Below the pieces are notes generated by a model that was given only the letters and a program-made list of their open reading frames with translations, made no database searches and was not told the DNA's origin. From Candidatus Methanomethylophilaceae archaeon (GTDB lineage: Archaea; Thermoplasmatota; Thermoplasmata; Methanomassiliicoccales; Methanomethylophilaceae), in NCBI GenBank assembly GCA_050950505.1, contig JBMNHS010000001.1, forward strand, positions 448,001 through 512,000: a DNA stretch of 64,000 nucleotides, written 5' to 3'. Within the stretch, counting starts at the first letter, position 1. The number at the start of each line of letters is the position of its first letter. Below, piece by piece: positions 39,058 through 48,722 of this stretch. The position numbers and the translations under genes were made by a program.

Positions 39058-41685
39058 GTGTCCAAATGTGCAGTACGCGTCATAAATGTGAATAAGTCAT
39101 TCACCACCATGGCAGAAACAGACGACGGCGGTCTTTTAAAGAGAAGGAAAAAGATTACAAAACACATCCTCAAAGATGTTAATTTAGACATCAAAAAAGG
39201 AGAGGTTTTCGGTATAATAGGAAGAAACGGTTCCGGAAAAAGCACCACTCTGAACATGATTTCTAAAATTATGAAACCCGATTCCGGAACAATAGAAATT
39301 AACGGTAAGGTTGCAAGCATCTTAGAATTGGGCATGGGATTTCATAACGATTTGACCGGAAGAGAAAATATCTACATTAAAGGAACAATGTACGGACTTA
39401 CCAGAAAACAATTGGATGCGAGAATGGATAACATTGTGGACTATGCCGACATTGGAGAATATATCGATCTTCCCATGCGGGTGTATTCTTCAGGAATGCG
39501 TAGCAGAGTCGCCTTCTCAATCATGATAAGTGTCGACGCGGACATAATAATTTTGGATGAAGTGTTGGCCACCGGCGATTTGGCATTCAATAAGAAATCC
39601 CGTACACATTTTTCTAACCTAAAACTTGAAGGCAAGACCATAATTCTTGTGGCACATTCCATGTCAACGATGAGGGAGATGTGCGACAGGGTGGCATGGT
39701 TGGACAACGGAGTAATAAGAGAAGTTGGCCCCCCCAATGTAGTCTGTGGCCATTATGAGACAGAGCTCGCGGAGTCTATAGATATATTAACGGAGCTCGC
39801 GGAATCGGGAGTTCCCGCATCTCAAAACACTCTCGGTTGTATGTATCGCGACGGCCACAGAGTAGAGAAAGATATGGGGAAAGCCAAGTATTGGTTCGAA
39901 GAAGCGGCTAAAAGAAATTATGATATTGCCAAGGTAAATCTTGCCGATATAATTGTAACCGATGAAGCATTGGAAAACATAGACAAGGCGATGGACCTCT
40001 ATATGAGTGCCGCAGGAAGAGGCAATCGGGAAGCGCGTACTAAATTATCCCGCTTGCTTACAAACGAGTCGCGGGACATAAGTATGGAAGTCGTAAATGA
40101 TTTCAAGGAACTGTTGTCTTCCGCGAATCCTCAGTTATATTATGAATATGCGGATTTAATATTGAAAACTGCCTGGAACAATGAGGGTCAAAGAGAAGCA
40201 TTCCTCTGGTTTGAGAAAGCCTCGGATTATGGTCACGCAACAGCCATGTATCAGATTGCATTAATGTATCGAGACGGGACGGGTATTTCTCAGAGCGATT
40301 CAGAATATATCAACTGGCTAAAGAAAGCCGCAAGATGCGGACACGCTTATTCTCAATTAATGTTAGGTAACGCGTATCGAGACGGAATCAAGGTAGATCA
40401 TGATATAGAAGAGGCCTTCATTTGGTACAAAATGGCGGCGGACAATAACAATCTTGATGCCATTTATCAGGTGGCTATGATGTATCGCAAAGGTACGGGA
40501 ATCCATGAAAGCAGAGAGGAATCAGATTACTGGCTCAAACTTTATGCACAGCACGGATTAAATCGTCAAATAAATATTCTCGCCGATTCATATGCCAATA
40601 ACAAGAATGGAGTTTTTGATATTGAGAAAGGAAAAAAATGGTACGCCGTGAACGCTGAGCATGGTTACGGTGATTCAAAATATCGTTTGGGGAATATATT
40701 GAACAGCAGTGAGGACATGGATGAAAGATTGATGGCTTCATCGATTCTCGATGAAGCTTCAAAAAATGAAAATTTCCAATCCACGGTTCAACTTTTCAAT
40801 CTTCATGCACTGGGGGAGGCTGAGAAATCCAACCTTGAAGATACGATATCGCGGTTAGATGAATTAATCGAAAAAGGAAATATGTGGTCAGCCAATACAG
40901 TAGGAAATATATTTGCCGATGCTAAAATTCTAGAATTTGACGGAACAAAGTCAATCGAATATCTAGAAAAAGCTGCTGAATCCAACATAGTTCCCGCCGT
41001 ATACAGGCTGGGGATAATATACCGTGACGGCATTTTAGTCGAGGCTGATTATTCCGAATCCCTCAAATGGTTCAAAAAGGGAGCACTTTTAAAACATGTA
41101 CCCTCTGCAATATCTATAGTGAATATGTACCTTTCAGGTGTAGTAAATCAGGCTGCCCTGGATTATGCGTTGAAAGAAATTGAAAAGATATGTCGGACAG
41201 GCAATACCCATGCCATACGAACATTGGGCGAATACTATCTGAGTGGCAAAGTCGTAGAGCAGAATTTTCAAAAAGCGATTTATTGGTATTCAGTAGGTTC
41301 AAACTTGGGAGATATCGAGTCACGATATCAACTCGGTTTGATTTATCGTGACGGCAAGGGCGTTGAGAAGAGTTTCGAGGAAGCATTAAAATGGTTTTCT
41401 TTATCCGCAAAACAAGGTGATTTCCGATCAATCATAGCCATAATACGAATGTATGGAAGCAATCATGTCGATAAAAACTCATTCGATTCAGCATTTTCAC
41501 AATTAATAGGTATTGCTAAGGGAGGCCACAGGGGCGCTATGCGTGATCTTGGAAATATTTTATACGAGGGTAAGTTGGTGTCTAAAGATTTGAATAAATC
41601 TAAAATATGGTTTGAAAGAGCAGCTATGGCAGGATGCAATTACTCCCGGGAGAAACTGGAATCCCTTAAAAAATTAGAAGAATAA
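39058..41685 (+). CDS. wzt: Wzt-type ABC ATPase fused to SEL1-like repeats, copy 2
   Basis: GRNGSGKST, YSSGM, ILDEVLATGD; SEL1 units; alignable by eye with copy 1 over its full length. Confidence 0.92.
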   Translation: MSKCAVRVINVNKSFTTMAETDDGGLLKRRKKITKHILKDVNLDIKKGEVFGIIGRNGSGKSTTLNMISKIMKPDSGTIEINGKVASILELGMGFHNDLTGRENIYIKGTMYGLTRKQLDARMDNIVDYADIGEYIDLPMRVYSSGMRSRVAFSIMISVDADIIILDEVLATGDLAFNKKSRTHFSNLKLEGKTIILVAHSMSTMREMCDRVAWLDNGVIREVGPPNVVCGHYETELAESIDILTELAESGVPASQNTLGCMYRDGHRVEKDMGKAKYWFEEAAKRNYDIAKVNLADIIVTDEALENIDKAMDLYMSAAGRGNREARTKLSRLLTNESRDISMEVVNDFKELLSSANPQLYYEYADLILKTAWNNEGQREAFLWFEKASDYGHATAMYQIALMYRDGTGISQSDSEYINWLKKAARCGHAYSQLMLGNAYRDGIKVDHDIEEAFIWYKMAADNNNLDAIYQVAMMYRKGTGIHESREESDYWLKLYAQHGLNRQINILADSYANNKNGVFDIEKGKKWYAVNAEHGYGDSKYRLGNILNSSEDMDERLMASSILDEASKNENFQSTVQLFNLHALGEAEKSNLEDTISRLDELIEKGNMWSANTVGNIFADAKILEFDGTKSIEYLEKAAESNIVPAVYRLGIIYRDGILVEADYSESLKWFKKGALLKHVPSAISIVNMYLSGVVNQAALDYALKEIEKICRTGNTHAIRTLGEYYLSGKVVEQNFQKAIYWYSVGSNLGDIESRYQLGLIYRDGKGVEKSFEEALKWFSLSAKQGDFRSIIAIIRMYGSNHVDKNSFDSAFSQLIGIAKGGHRGAMRDLGNILYEGKLVSKDLNKSKIWFERAAMAGCNYSREKLESLKKLEE

Positions 41686-41729
41686 TCATGATTATCCATT
41701 TAAACTCGATAAATTTCACAATTTAAAAG

Positions 41730-43424
41730 TCATTTAATGCGACTCATGATACTCTCGTATCCGTCTTTTACTTTATTCAATATGAATCGAGGGACGTCCG
41801 ACAGAGAAAAGAATAATTTATGATATTCCGAATGGGTCGGATCGCTCGTCCAATTCAATGTATCGAAATATTCCTGTTCTTCCTTGGACATAAATCTGGA
41901 GAGATTCAGAATCCATCTGTTTACGGAATCATGGTTTATCACCGGTATGAAATCTCCGAATACGGATTTCACGGTTTCAAAATAATCCGTCATTCCCGCG
42001 GTCATTTTAGGCATGACATCGGTTCTGAACCATTCGTTTGAGTTTGAGTCGTATACAGGGTATCCGCTGTCATCTATGCTGACTATCGGTTTTTCATCGG
42101 AGGACATCAAAAATTCAGGAACGTCGATGGCGGTCAATTCGAAAAATGACCGATAGTTATCGCAAAATCCCTTTGCATTGTCGTCAGACTTGTTTCGCAA
42201 CAAGACATAGTACAGCCCTTTGACACTTTTGTTCGTAACCTCATCAATAAGCTTTTGCGATGAAAATTTTCTGGTCGAGGCATCCACCACGTATATCGAA
42301 TTCCCATGTTTTGTGTAGCAATCGATGTATGACTTGTATTTGGTCAATTCTTTTTCCATCAACCTTTCAAACAGTTCCGGATTTTCAATTAAAATTTCAT
42401 GAGGGGTTCCCGACAGTTCCCTCACTTCCGGATGGTCTGAAAAATAATCGATGATGTCTTCTTCGTATCCCGGATAATCTCTTCCGTTGATTCCAAAAAG
42501 TATATTGAATCTCCTCGCGGCATAAATGTAATGATTTTCAATTTTTCCAAATAATATGTTATAAGCTTTTTGAGCATTATACCCGTCCCGGGCTATGAAG
42601 AATAAGACACTGTCTTTTTCGGCATTTTCGTTTATGAACGATGCAAACGCAGTATTGACGGGACCCCCGTAGCGGTATCCGAAGTTATACCAGAAATTAT
42701 CATTTTTCTTATGAGTGTTGTATCGGAACAAAGCATCGATTCCGACAATTACCGATCGTTCGTAATTTCTTCTTAAGCGGTAATAGACGCGCTCTTTCTT
42801 ATGCGAACGCAAGTACCTCTCAGTTATGTTCTCGTATTTTATGACGTTTATACCAATATTTTTTGGGATTCTTATATCAGATTTATCGTTGTCGCCTATA
42901 TGTAACAAATCGCAGGGTTCAATTCCAAGATCTTTAAGAATAACTTTGAACAGCCCCCCGGTTCCTTTACTAGTCCGGTGTTCGCCGGACACAAACAATT
43001 TGTGATAACCGTCGAACCCTTTGAGTTTCAGCACATTATCGATAAATTTCGAAGGGAGGTACATATCCGATGCCAATATCACGGTTTTATTGAGAGATAT
43101 AACACAATCGAAAACACTTTTCATTTCGACATTTTGTTGCAGAACCTGTTTTTCATATTTCATTTCCAGATCGATATATGATTTATATTCGGATTCGATT
43201 TCTTCATAAATTTCATATAAAACAATCTCTGGTTGTTTTCTTCTTCTTGCGTTCCTTTCGGCAGATATTCTCGCCTTCGCAAACCCCGGGATTTTTTCCG
43301 TCGCTTCCATATGTCGAAATAAATCAGTGGGCCGTGCATACGGTCGCAACAACAACGTATCAAAAATATCGAACGATATGTAATCGAATGCCTATACCGA
43401 TTCCATCATTTCTGACACAGTCAT
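41730..43424 (-). CDS. HAD phosphatase + PRT-like domain protein (candidate glycan ribofuranosyltransferase); in-frame TAG at codon 11
   Basis: ATG 43424: MTVSEMMESV*AFDYISFDIFDTLLLRPY; the track ORF (from 43355) lacks HAD motif I. Also ASDMYLP, HIGDN..SD, FFIARDGY, VVD....FSSQ. Confidence 0.8.
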
Positions 43425-43429
43425 CAAAA

Positions 43430-44359
43430 TCACTCTGTGAGAACTTCCCGCACAGTCTCTCTCACGGCCTGTTCGGAATCAAATTTAAATTTCCAACCGT
43501 TGGCTTCCGCCTTGGAAATGTCGTATGAAAATGTGGAGACGTCTCCTTTCCAACCTATGGAGCCGCCCGTATATTTGTATTGAACATCTTTCAGTCCCAT
43601 ACCCTCACACACTATGTCGGCTATTCTGTTAACATTGATAAAGGAATTCGTCGAAATGTTGTATACGTCCATACCGCCCCCGATATTTTGGGAGAAGGAC
43701 ATGATACCTTCTGCAAGATCGGTAACGTGGACGTACTGTTTCTTTTGAAGGCCGTCGCCCAATATTTCCAACTCTTCCGGATTTCTCTTCAATTTGTTGA
43801 TGAAGTCGAAAATAACCCCATGTGTAAGTCTGGAACCCACGACGTTGGGGAATCTGAATATGAGCGAATTCAATCCATACATATGAGTATAGGAAGAAAT
43901 CACGGCTTCGGAAGCAAGTTTGTAGGCGCCGTAATGGGATATTGGCTTCAAGTTGCCCTCATCTTCCTTAAGGTCGATACCGGGCTTATCGCCGTATATC
44001 GCCGAAGTGGAAGCGAAAAACAGATTTCCGATCTCGTTTTTAACTATGGCATCAAGAACATTCTTGGTGGTCATGAATGTATTTTTGAAATCGACTTCGG
44101 AATTTTCACTTCCTGCACGTATATCCGAATTTGCCGCAAGATGGAATACAAAATCGCATCCCTTCGATATCTCAATCAGTTCATCGATATTGTTTATATC
44201 CATTTTTTGAAATTCGAATGACTCATTGTCCGTAAGATGATCTATATTTCCAGTATCATCCGAGAAATCAATACTCACTATGTCCCAACCGTCTTCAATC
44301 AACAAATCTTCAAGATGGCTGGCTATGAACCCCGCTCCGCCCGTTACTAACGCCTTCAT
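43430..44359 (-). CDS. NAD-dependent nucleotide-sugar epimerase/dehydratase
   Basis: LVTGGAGFIASH, FASTSAIYG, YGAYK, FRFPNVVG motifs. Confidence 0.92.
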   Translation of the reverse strand: MKALVTGGAGFIASHLEDLLIEDGWDIVSIDFSDDTGNIDHLTDNESFEFQKMDINNIDELIEISKGCDFVFHLAANSDIRAGSENSEVDFKNTFMTTKNVLDAIVKNEIGNLFFASTSAIYGDKPGIDLKEDEGNLKPISHYGAYKLASEAVISSYTHMYGLNSLIFRFPNVVGSRLTHGVIFDFINKLKRNPEELEILGDGLQKKQYVHVTDLAEGIMSFSQNIGGGMDVYNISTNSFINVNRIADIVCEGMGLKDVQYKYTGGSIGWKGDVSTFSYDISKAEANGWKFKFDSEQAVRETVREVLTE

Positions 44360-45348
44360 ATTTTTCGCACTCTTGTATCAAACAATCTGTTATCTCTGTA
44401 ATACACGAACTTCAAATACATATTAAGAGCCAGGTGGTATGTCGACGGAGAAAGGCTTACCCACAGATGGTCCCATGACAGGGGATCTCTCATATGTTTG
44501 TTCCTCATTTCCTTGCATTCGTCGCTTTTTATGTATTTGATAAAATGGTTTCTGTCCATATGTCCGGCTGAACGGACCCTCATGATTGCCGAGCGCCTTG
44601 AGAATATTTCACCGAACCATGATTTTCTGAAATGTTCCTCAAGTTCGCCGTACACCCGTACTTCCCAGTTGCCCACGTCGTTGGGTCTTGAAGAGCAAAT
44701 CGAAAGGGGATTCTGATAATAGAGGTACATCGGCCTGTCGTAATACACAAGAGTATCGCACATTTCCATTGCACGGTATGTATGATTCACATCTTCGGCA
44801 TATCCTCCGTGATGGAAACGCAAATCATTATCCATCAAAAAATCCCGTCTGTGAACCATGGACCACGCCGTAACAGGAATCTGCTCGAGACTCCGTTCAA
44901 TCAGAGCTTCTTTGTTGCTCAGAACTCTGACTTTAAAGTTGCCCTTCGGCTCCGGAGTGTCAATGTCAAATGAGCGAATGAAGTTACACTGCACAATTTC
45001 AGCTTTGTATTTGTCTGCCAATTCAACCATTGTCGAGACAAACTCAGGATACGGACGATCATCTGCGTCGAGAAACCATACATATTTCCCTGAGGAATTT
45101 TCAAGACCGATGTTCCGGGCTTCGCCCAACCTCCCGTCTCCCGTCTGGATTATGGATTTACAGTTCAGTCCTTCTGAAAATCGGGAAATCAATTCCAAGG
45201 TGTCATCCGTGGTCTTGCCGTCAACAACAAAAACAATCTCAAAATCATCAAATTTTTGTTCTCTCAGATATCCGATTATACGCTCTACGTTATCGGATTC
45301 GTTATAAGCAGGTATAACCACACTCAGACAGACCACATCAATCCCCAT
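44356..45348 (-). CDS. GT2 glycosyltransferase
   Basis: LSVVIPAYN, ARNIGL, YVWFLDADD, AED motifs; start approximate. Confidence 0.9.
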   Translation of the reverse strand: MGIDVVCLSVVIPAYNESDNVERIIGYLREQKFDDFEIVFVVDGKTTDDTLELISRFSEGLNCKSIIQTGDGRLGEARNIGLENSSGKYVWFLDADDRPYPEFVSTMVELADKYKAEIVQCNFIRSFDIDTPEPKGNFKVRVLSNKEALIERSLEQIPVTAWSMVHRRDFLMDNDLRFHHGGYAEDVNHTYRAMEMCDTLVYYDRPMYLYYQNPLSICSSRPNDVGNWEVRVYGELEEHFRKSWFGEIFSRRSAIMRVRSAGHMDRNHFIKYIKSDECKEMRNKHMRDPLSWDHLWVSLSPSTYHLALNMYLKFVYYRDNRLFDTRVRKI

Positions 45349-45466
45349 CCTGTTCTGGTATGTAGATGCAGTCATTATTAAATCTATTTCCATATTCATG
45401 GTTGAACAAGTGGAATCTGATTTTTCGGTCAAGAGCGAAATCAGTCAAGACGCATGAGACAATATT

Positions 45467-46516
45467 ATGAAAACAGACGTGGTAATACTCAGACGCTAGC
45501 TCAATAAAACAAACAAAGTCACAGGAGTCAGCGTGTACACAGATATGATAAAAACACTTCTCGATTCTAACAAATTGACATCGGAAGACGTGTGTTTTAA
45601 ACTGTCCTCCGACGAAGGATATGCAAAATGCGTAACTCAGGGACTGATTATTCCGATACGGGATTTGAAAAAACAAAAGGGAAGGATATATCACGCAACC
45701 GACGAACTGTGTTGTATAGGTTATCCATTTTTCAAGGGTAAGAAAATAACCACATTCCATCATATTCCCAAGAAAACAGTAAAAGACGGTTATTCTCCCC
45801 TGTTGTACAGAGTATGGAAGGCCGCTGCGAAAAACGCCATAAAGTATTCAGATGCGATTATCTCCGTATCTGAGCAAACCAAAGACGAACTTGTTGAATT
45901 CATGGGAGCGGATCCGAATAAGATTTTTGTCTTGGAACACCGAGCCGATTCCTTTTTCCAAGATTTGGGCAGACCCAGAAAAAAATTGATAGGATATGTG
46001 GGCACACTGATTGAACGAAAAAATGTGGAATCGGGTGTATTGGCTTTCAAATCATTCATCGAAATGCAGGACGCCGGGGATTACAATCTGGTTATTTGCG
46101 GAGAAGGGCCTCTTAAGGAGGATCTCAATAAACTTGCGGATTCTTTGGATATATCGGACAGAGTGTCTTTTATTTCCAACATTTCTAAAACTGAATTAAG
46201 AGATTTGTACAACGACATGGCCGTGTTCATCAATCCCTCTTTCCACGAGGGGCTGGGGCTTACCGCAATGGAAGCTCAGGCATGCGGAACACCGGTGGTT
46301 TACTTCAGAGACGCTGAAATCCCGCCGGAAGTATCCAAAGGATACGTTCCTTCCGATGACGTAGAGGATTTTGCAAAGAACATCCATAGGCTGGTGACCG
46401 ATACCGATTTCAGAAACAAGTTCAAGATTGTGCCAAAATCGGGATTGAGCGATGAAGAGTATGCCAAAAAATTGTTTGAAATCTATTCTGTTGTTTCCGG
46501 TGAAGAATTTCCTTGA
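45467..46516 (+). CDS. GT4 (GT-B) glycosyltransferase; in-frame TAG at codon 11
   Basis: ATG 45467: MKTDVVILRR*LNKTNKVTGVSVYTDMI, in frame with the track ORF from 45533; YVGTLIERKN and EGLGLTAMEAQACGTPV motifs. Confidence 0.85.
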
Positions 46517-46596
46517 TATCAGTTCTCGGTATTTTATGAAAAAACAGGCATATTTCAAAACGAAGTGTATTAAAAGATAATATACTGAAAATCGGA

Positions 46597-47592
46597 TTGA
46601 GTCTTATGATTATCACTCGTACCCCTCTCCGAATAAGTTTTTCGGGAGGAGGCAGCGATCTTCCGTCTTTTTACAGAAAACATGGAGGATGCACTGTAAG
46701 CACTACGATTGACAAATACATTTACCTGACACTTCAGGATTCATTTACCCCCGGAATATCAACAATAAAGTATTCCAAAGTTGAAAGTTTTGAAAATGTC
46801 AATGAAATAAACCATCCGATTTTCAGAGAATGTATGCTTAGTTTTGATGCGGATTCATTGGAAATGTCAAGTATGGCGGACATACCCGCCGGAACGGGAT
46901 TGGGCTCTTCGAGTTCATTTACGGTAGGATTGATTAACCTTATGAGCCGGTATAAAAATTTAGATTATGACAAGGAACTACTGGCTCAACTTGCATGTGA
47001 GTTGGAGATAAACCGATTAGGTGAACCCATAGGGAAACAGGACCAGTATGCTGCCGCATACGGAGGATTGAACTATTACAGATTCAACCAGGACGATACG
47101 GTCGATGTAATTCCGGTCAATCTATCCGTTAAAAATATGGAAAAGCTGAATGAAAATTTGATTCTGATGTACACGGGAATCACTCGAAGCGCTTCCGAGA
47201 TACTTGTAAAGCAGGACTCGAACATTGAAAAGGGCACGGGCGCCGATAAAAATCTGTTGGAGATGTGCGATCTCACAAACAACCTGTTCAAAGATCTGGA
47301 AAGGGGAAACATAAGTGCTATGGGAGACATTCTGGACAAAGGATGGAATCTGAAGAAGACTTTGGCCGAAGGAATATCTTCCGACGGAATAAACCGTGCA
47401 TACAGAGCGGCAATGGATGCGGGGGCGCAAGGCGGAAAACTTTTGGGAGCGGGGGGAGGGGGCTTCATGTTGTTTTATGCAGACAAAGAATTTCACGGAG
47501 AAATTGAAAAGAGTCTTCCGGGATACAGAAGAACGCCATTCAGATTTGATGACACAGGTTCGATAATGATATACAACGGCAATACTCAATGA
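46597..47592 (+). CDS. hddA: GHMP kinase, D-glycero-D-manno-heptose-7-phosphate kinase (HddA-like)
   Basis: TPLRISFSGGGSD, PAGTGLGSSS, GKQDQYAAAYGG, GGKLLGAGGGGF motifs. Confidence 0.88.
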   Translation: MSLMIITRTPLRISFSGGGSDLPSFYRKHGGCTVSTTIDKYIYLTLQDSFTPGISTIKYSKVESFENVNEINHPIFRECMLSFDADSLEMSSMADIPAGTGLGSSSSFTVGLINLMSRYKNLDYDKELLAQLACELEINRLGEPIGKQDQYAAAYGGLNYYRFNQDDTVDVIPVNLSVKNMEKLNENLILMYTGITRSASEILVKQDSNIEKGTGADKNLLEMCDLTNNLFKDLERGNISAMGDILDKGWNLKKTLAEGISSDGINRAYRAAMDAGAQGGKLLGAGGGGFMLFYADKEFHGEIEKSLPGYRRTPFRFDDTGSIMIYNGNTQ

Positions 47593-47601
47593 CGGAACAG
47601 G

Positions 47602-48189
47602 GTGATGACAATGGATTTTTCTCAGGATTTAAAAAATTATTTTGACAAAATGAAAACAGTAATCGACAGTATAGATTCCGAACAGGTTCAATCCGCAATG
47701 GATGCAATCATGGATGCTTATCGCAGAAATTCCACCGTATTTATTTTCGGTAATGGCGGCAGCGCGTCCACGGCATCCCATATTGTTTGTGATTTCAACA
47801 AAGGAATTTCCATGGGACTCGATGATAAGTTCAATTTTGTATGTCTGAATGACAACATTGCCACAATGATGGCGATATCCAACGATATCAGTTATGACAA
47901 AGTTTTCTCCATCCAATTGGAAGGAAGATTGAAGAAAGGAGATCTGGTGTTCGGAATATCCGGCAGCGGCAATTCCAAAAATGTGATAAATGCAGTGGAA
48001 TACGCAAAATCACGGGGTAACGAAGCAGTCTCCCTCACAGGATACGATGGCGGAAAATTAAATGAATTATCGGATTATCCCATACATGTGCCTGTCAACG
48101 ACATGCAAAAGGCCGAGGATTCACACATGATGATTCTGCACGCTATGGCTCAAGTCATAGCGAAGAATCTTGGAAATCCGATGTGTTGA
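47602..48189 (+). CDS. gmhA: Phosphoheptose isomerase (SIS domain)
   Basis: FGNGGSASTASH, AISND, ISGSGNSKNV, LTGYDGG, ED.H motifs. Confidence 0.9.
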   Translation: MMTMDFSQDLKNYFDKMKTVIDSIDSEQVQSAMDAIMDAYRRNSTVFIFGNGGSASTASHIVCDFNKGISMGLDDKFNFVCLNDNIATMMAISNDISYDKVFSIQLEGRLKKGDLVFGISGSGNSKNVINAVEYAKSRGNEAVSLTGYDGGKLNELSDYPIHVPVNDMQKAEDSHMMILHAMAQVIAKNLGNPMC

Positions 48190-48196
48190 ATAACAA

Positions 48197-48466
48197 TCAG
48201 ATGTTTGTCATCGAAACACATTCGACGTTTTCAACGTCGTCAATGGAACGAAGACCGTCTTCTATTTTGGATCCTATGTTTTCGTCAGAATCGTCGATAA
48301 GCAATCCGACGGAAACCTTTTTGAGGCCGAACGCAACCGGTTCTATTGAGGATTCGGTTATTTCAACACCTTCGGGAAGAACGTCCTTCACGGCGCTCTG
48401 TATGGCCTCGACGTCCGCTTCGGTGCCGTTGGGGAATATCTCGTACCCTGCAACAATCTGTGCCAT
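48197..48466 (-). CDS. ef1b: Translation elongation factor 1-beta
   Basis: EPVAFGLK motif; 89 aa. Confidence 0.95.
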   Translation of the reverse strand: MAQIVAGYEIFPNGTEADVEAIQSAVKDVLPEGVEITESSIEPVAFGLKKVSVGLLIDDSDENIGSKIEDGLRSIDDVENVECVSMTNI

Positions 48467-48475
48467 GCCTTTACC

Positions 48476-48640
48476 TCACGGTCCGACGAATCCGCATTTC
48501 TTGCATTCGTACTCAATGCCCTGATCGCGGCACTGAGCGCATCTTCCGACTTCATCGTCCCCGCATTTGGGGCATTTGAAGAATGTATTGCCTCTTCCGG
48601 TGAGTCTTACGCCGCAGGAAGAGCATATTTTATCTGCCAT
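48476..48640 (-). CDS. Zinc-ribbon protein, DUF1610/HVO_2753 family, 54 aa (not in ORF track)
   Basis: MADKICSSCG...FKCPKCG....RCAQCR....YECKKCGFVGP*: four CxxC; conserved archaeal position upstream of EF-1beta. Confidence 0.92.
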   Translation of the reverse strand: MADKICSSCGVRLTGRGNTFFKCPKCGDDEVGRCAQCRDQGIEYECKKCGFVGP

Positions 48641-48722
48641 GCGGGTGCGATACTTTTCTTTATATTTAAACCGAGCACAAGAACAACGGAAAGCCTATCA
48701 ACTAATCCGCGGTATCGATGTT

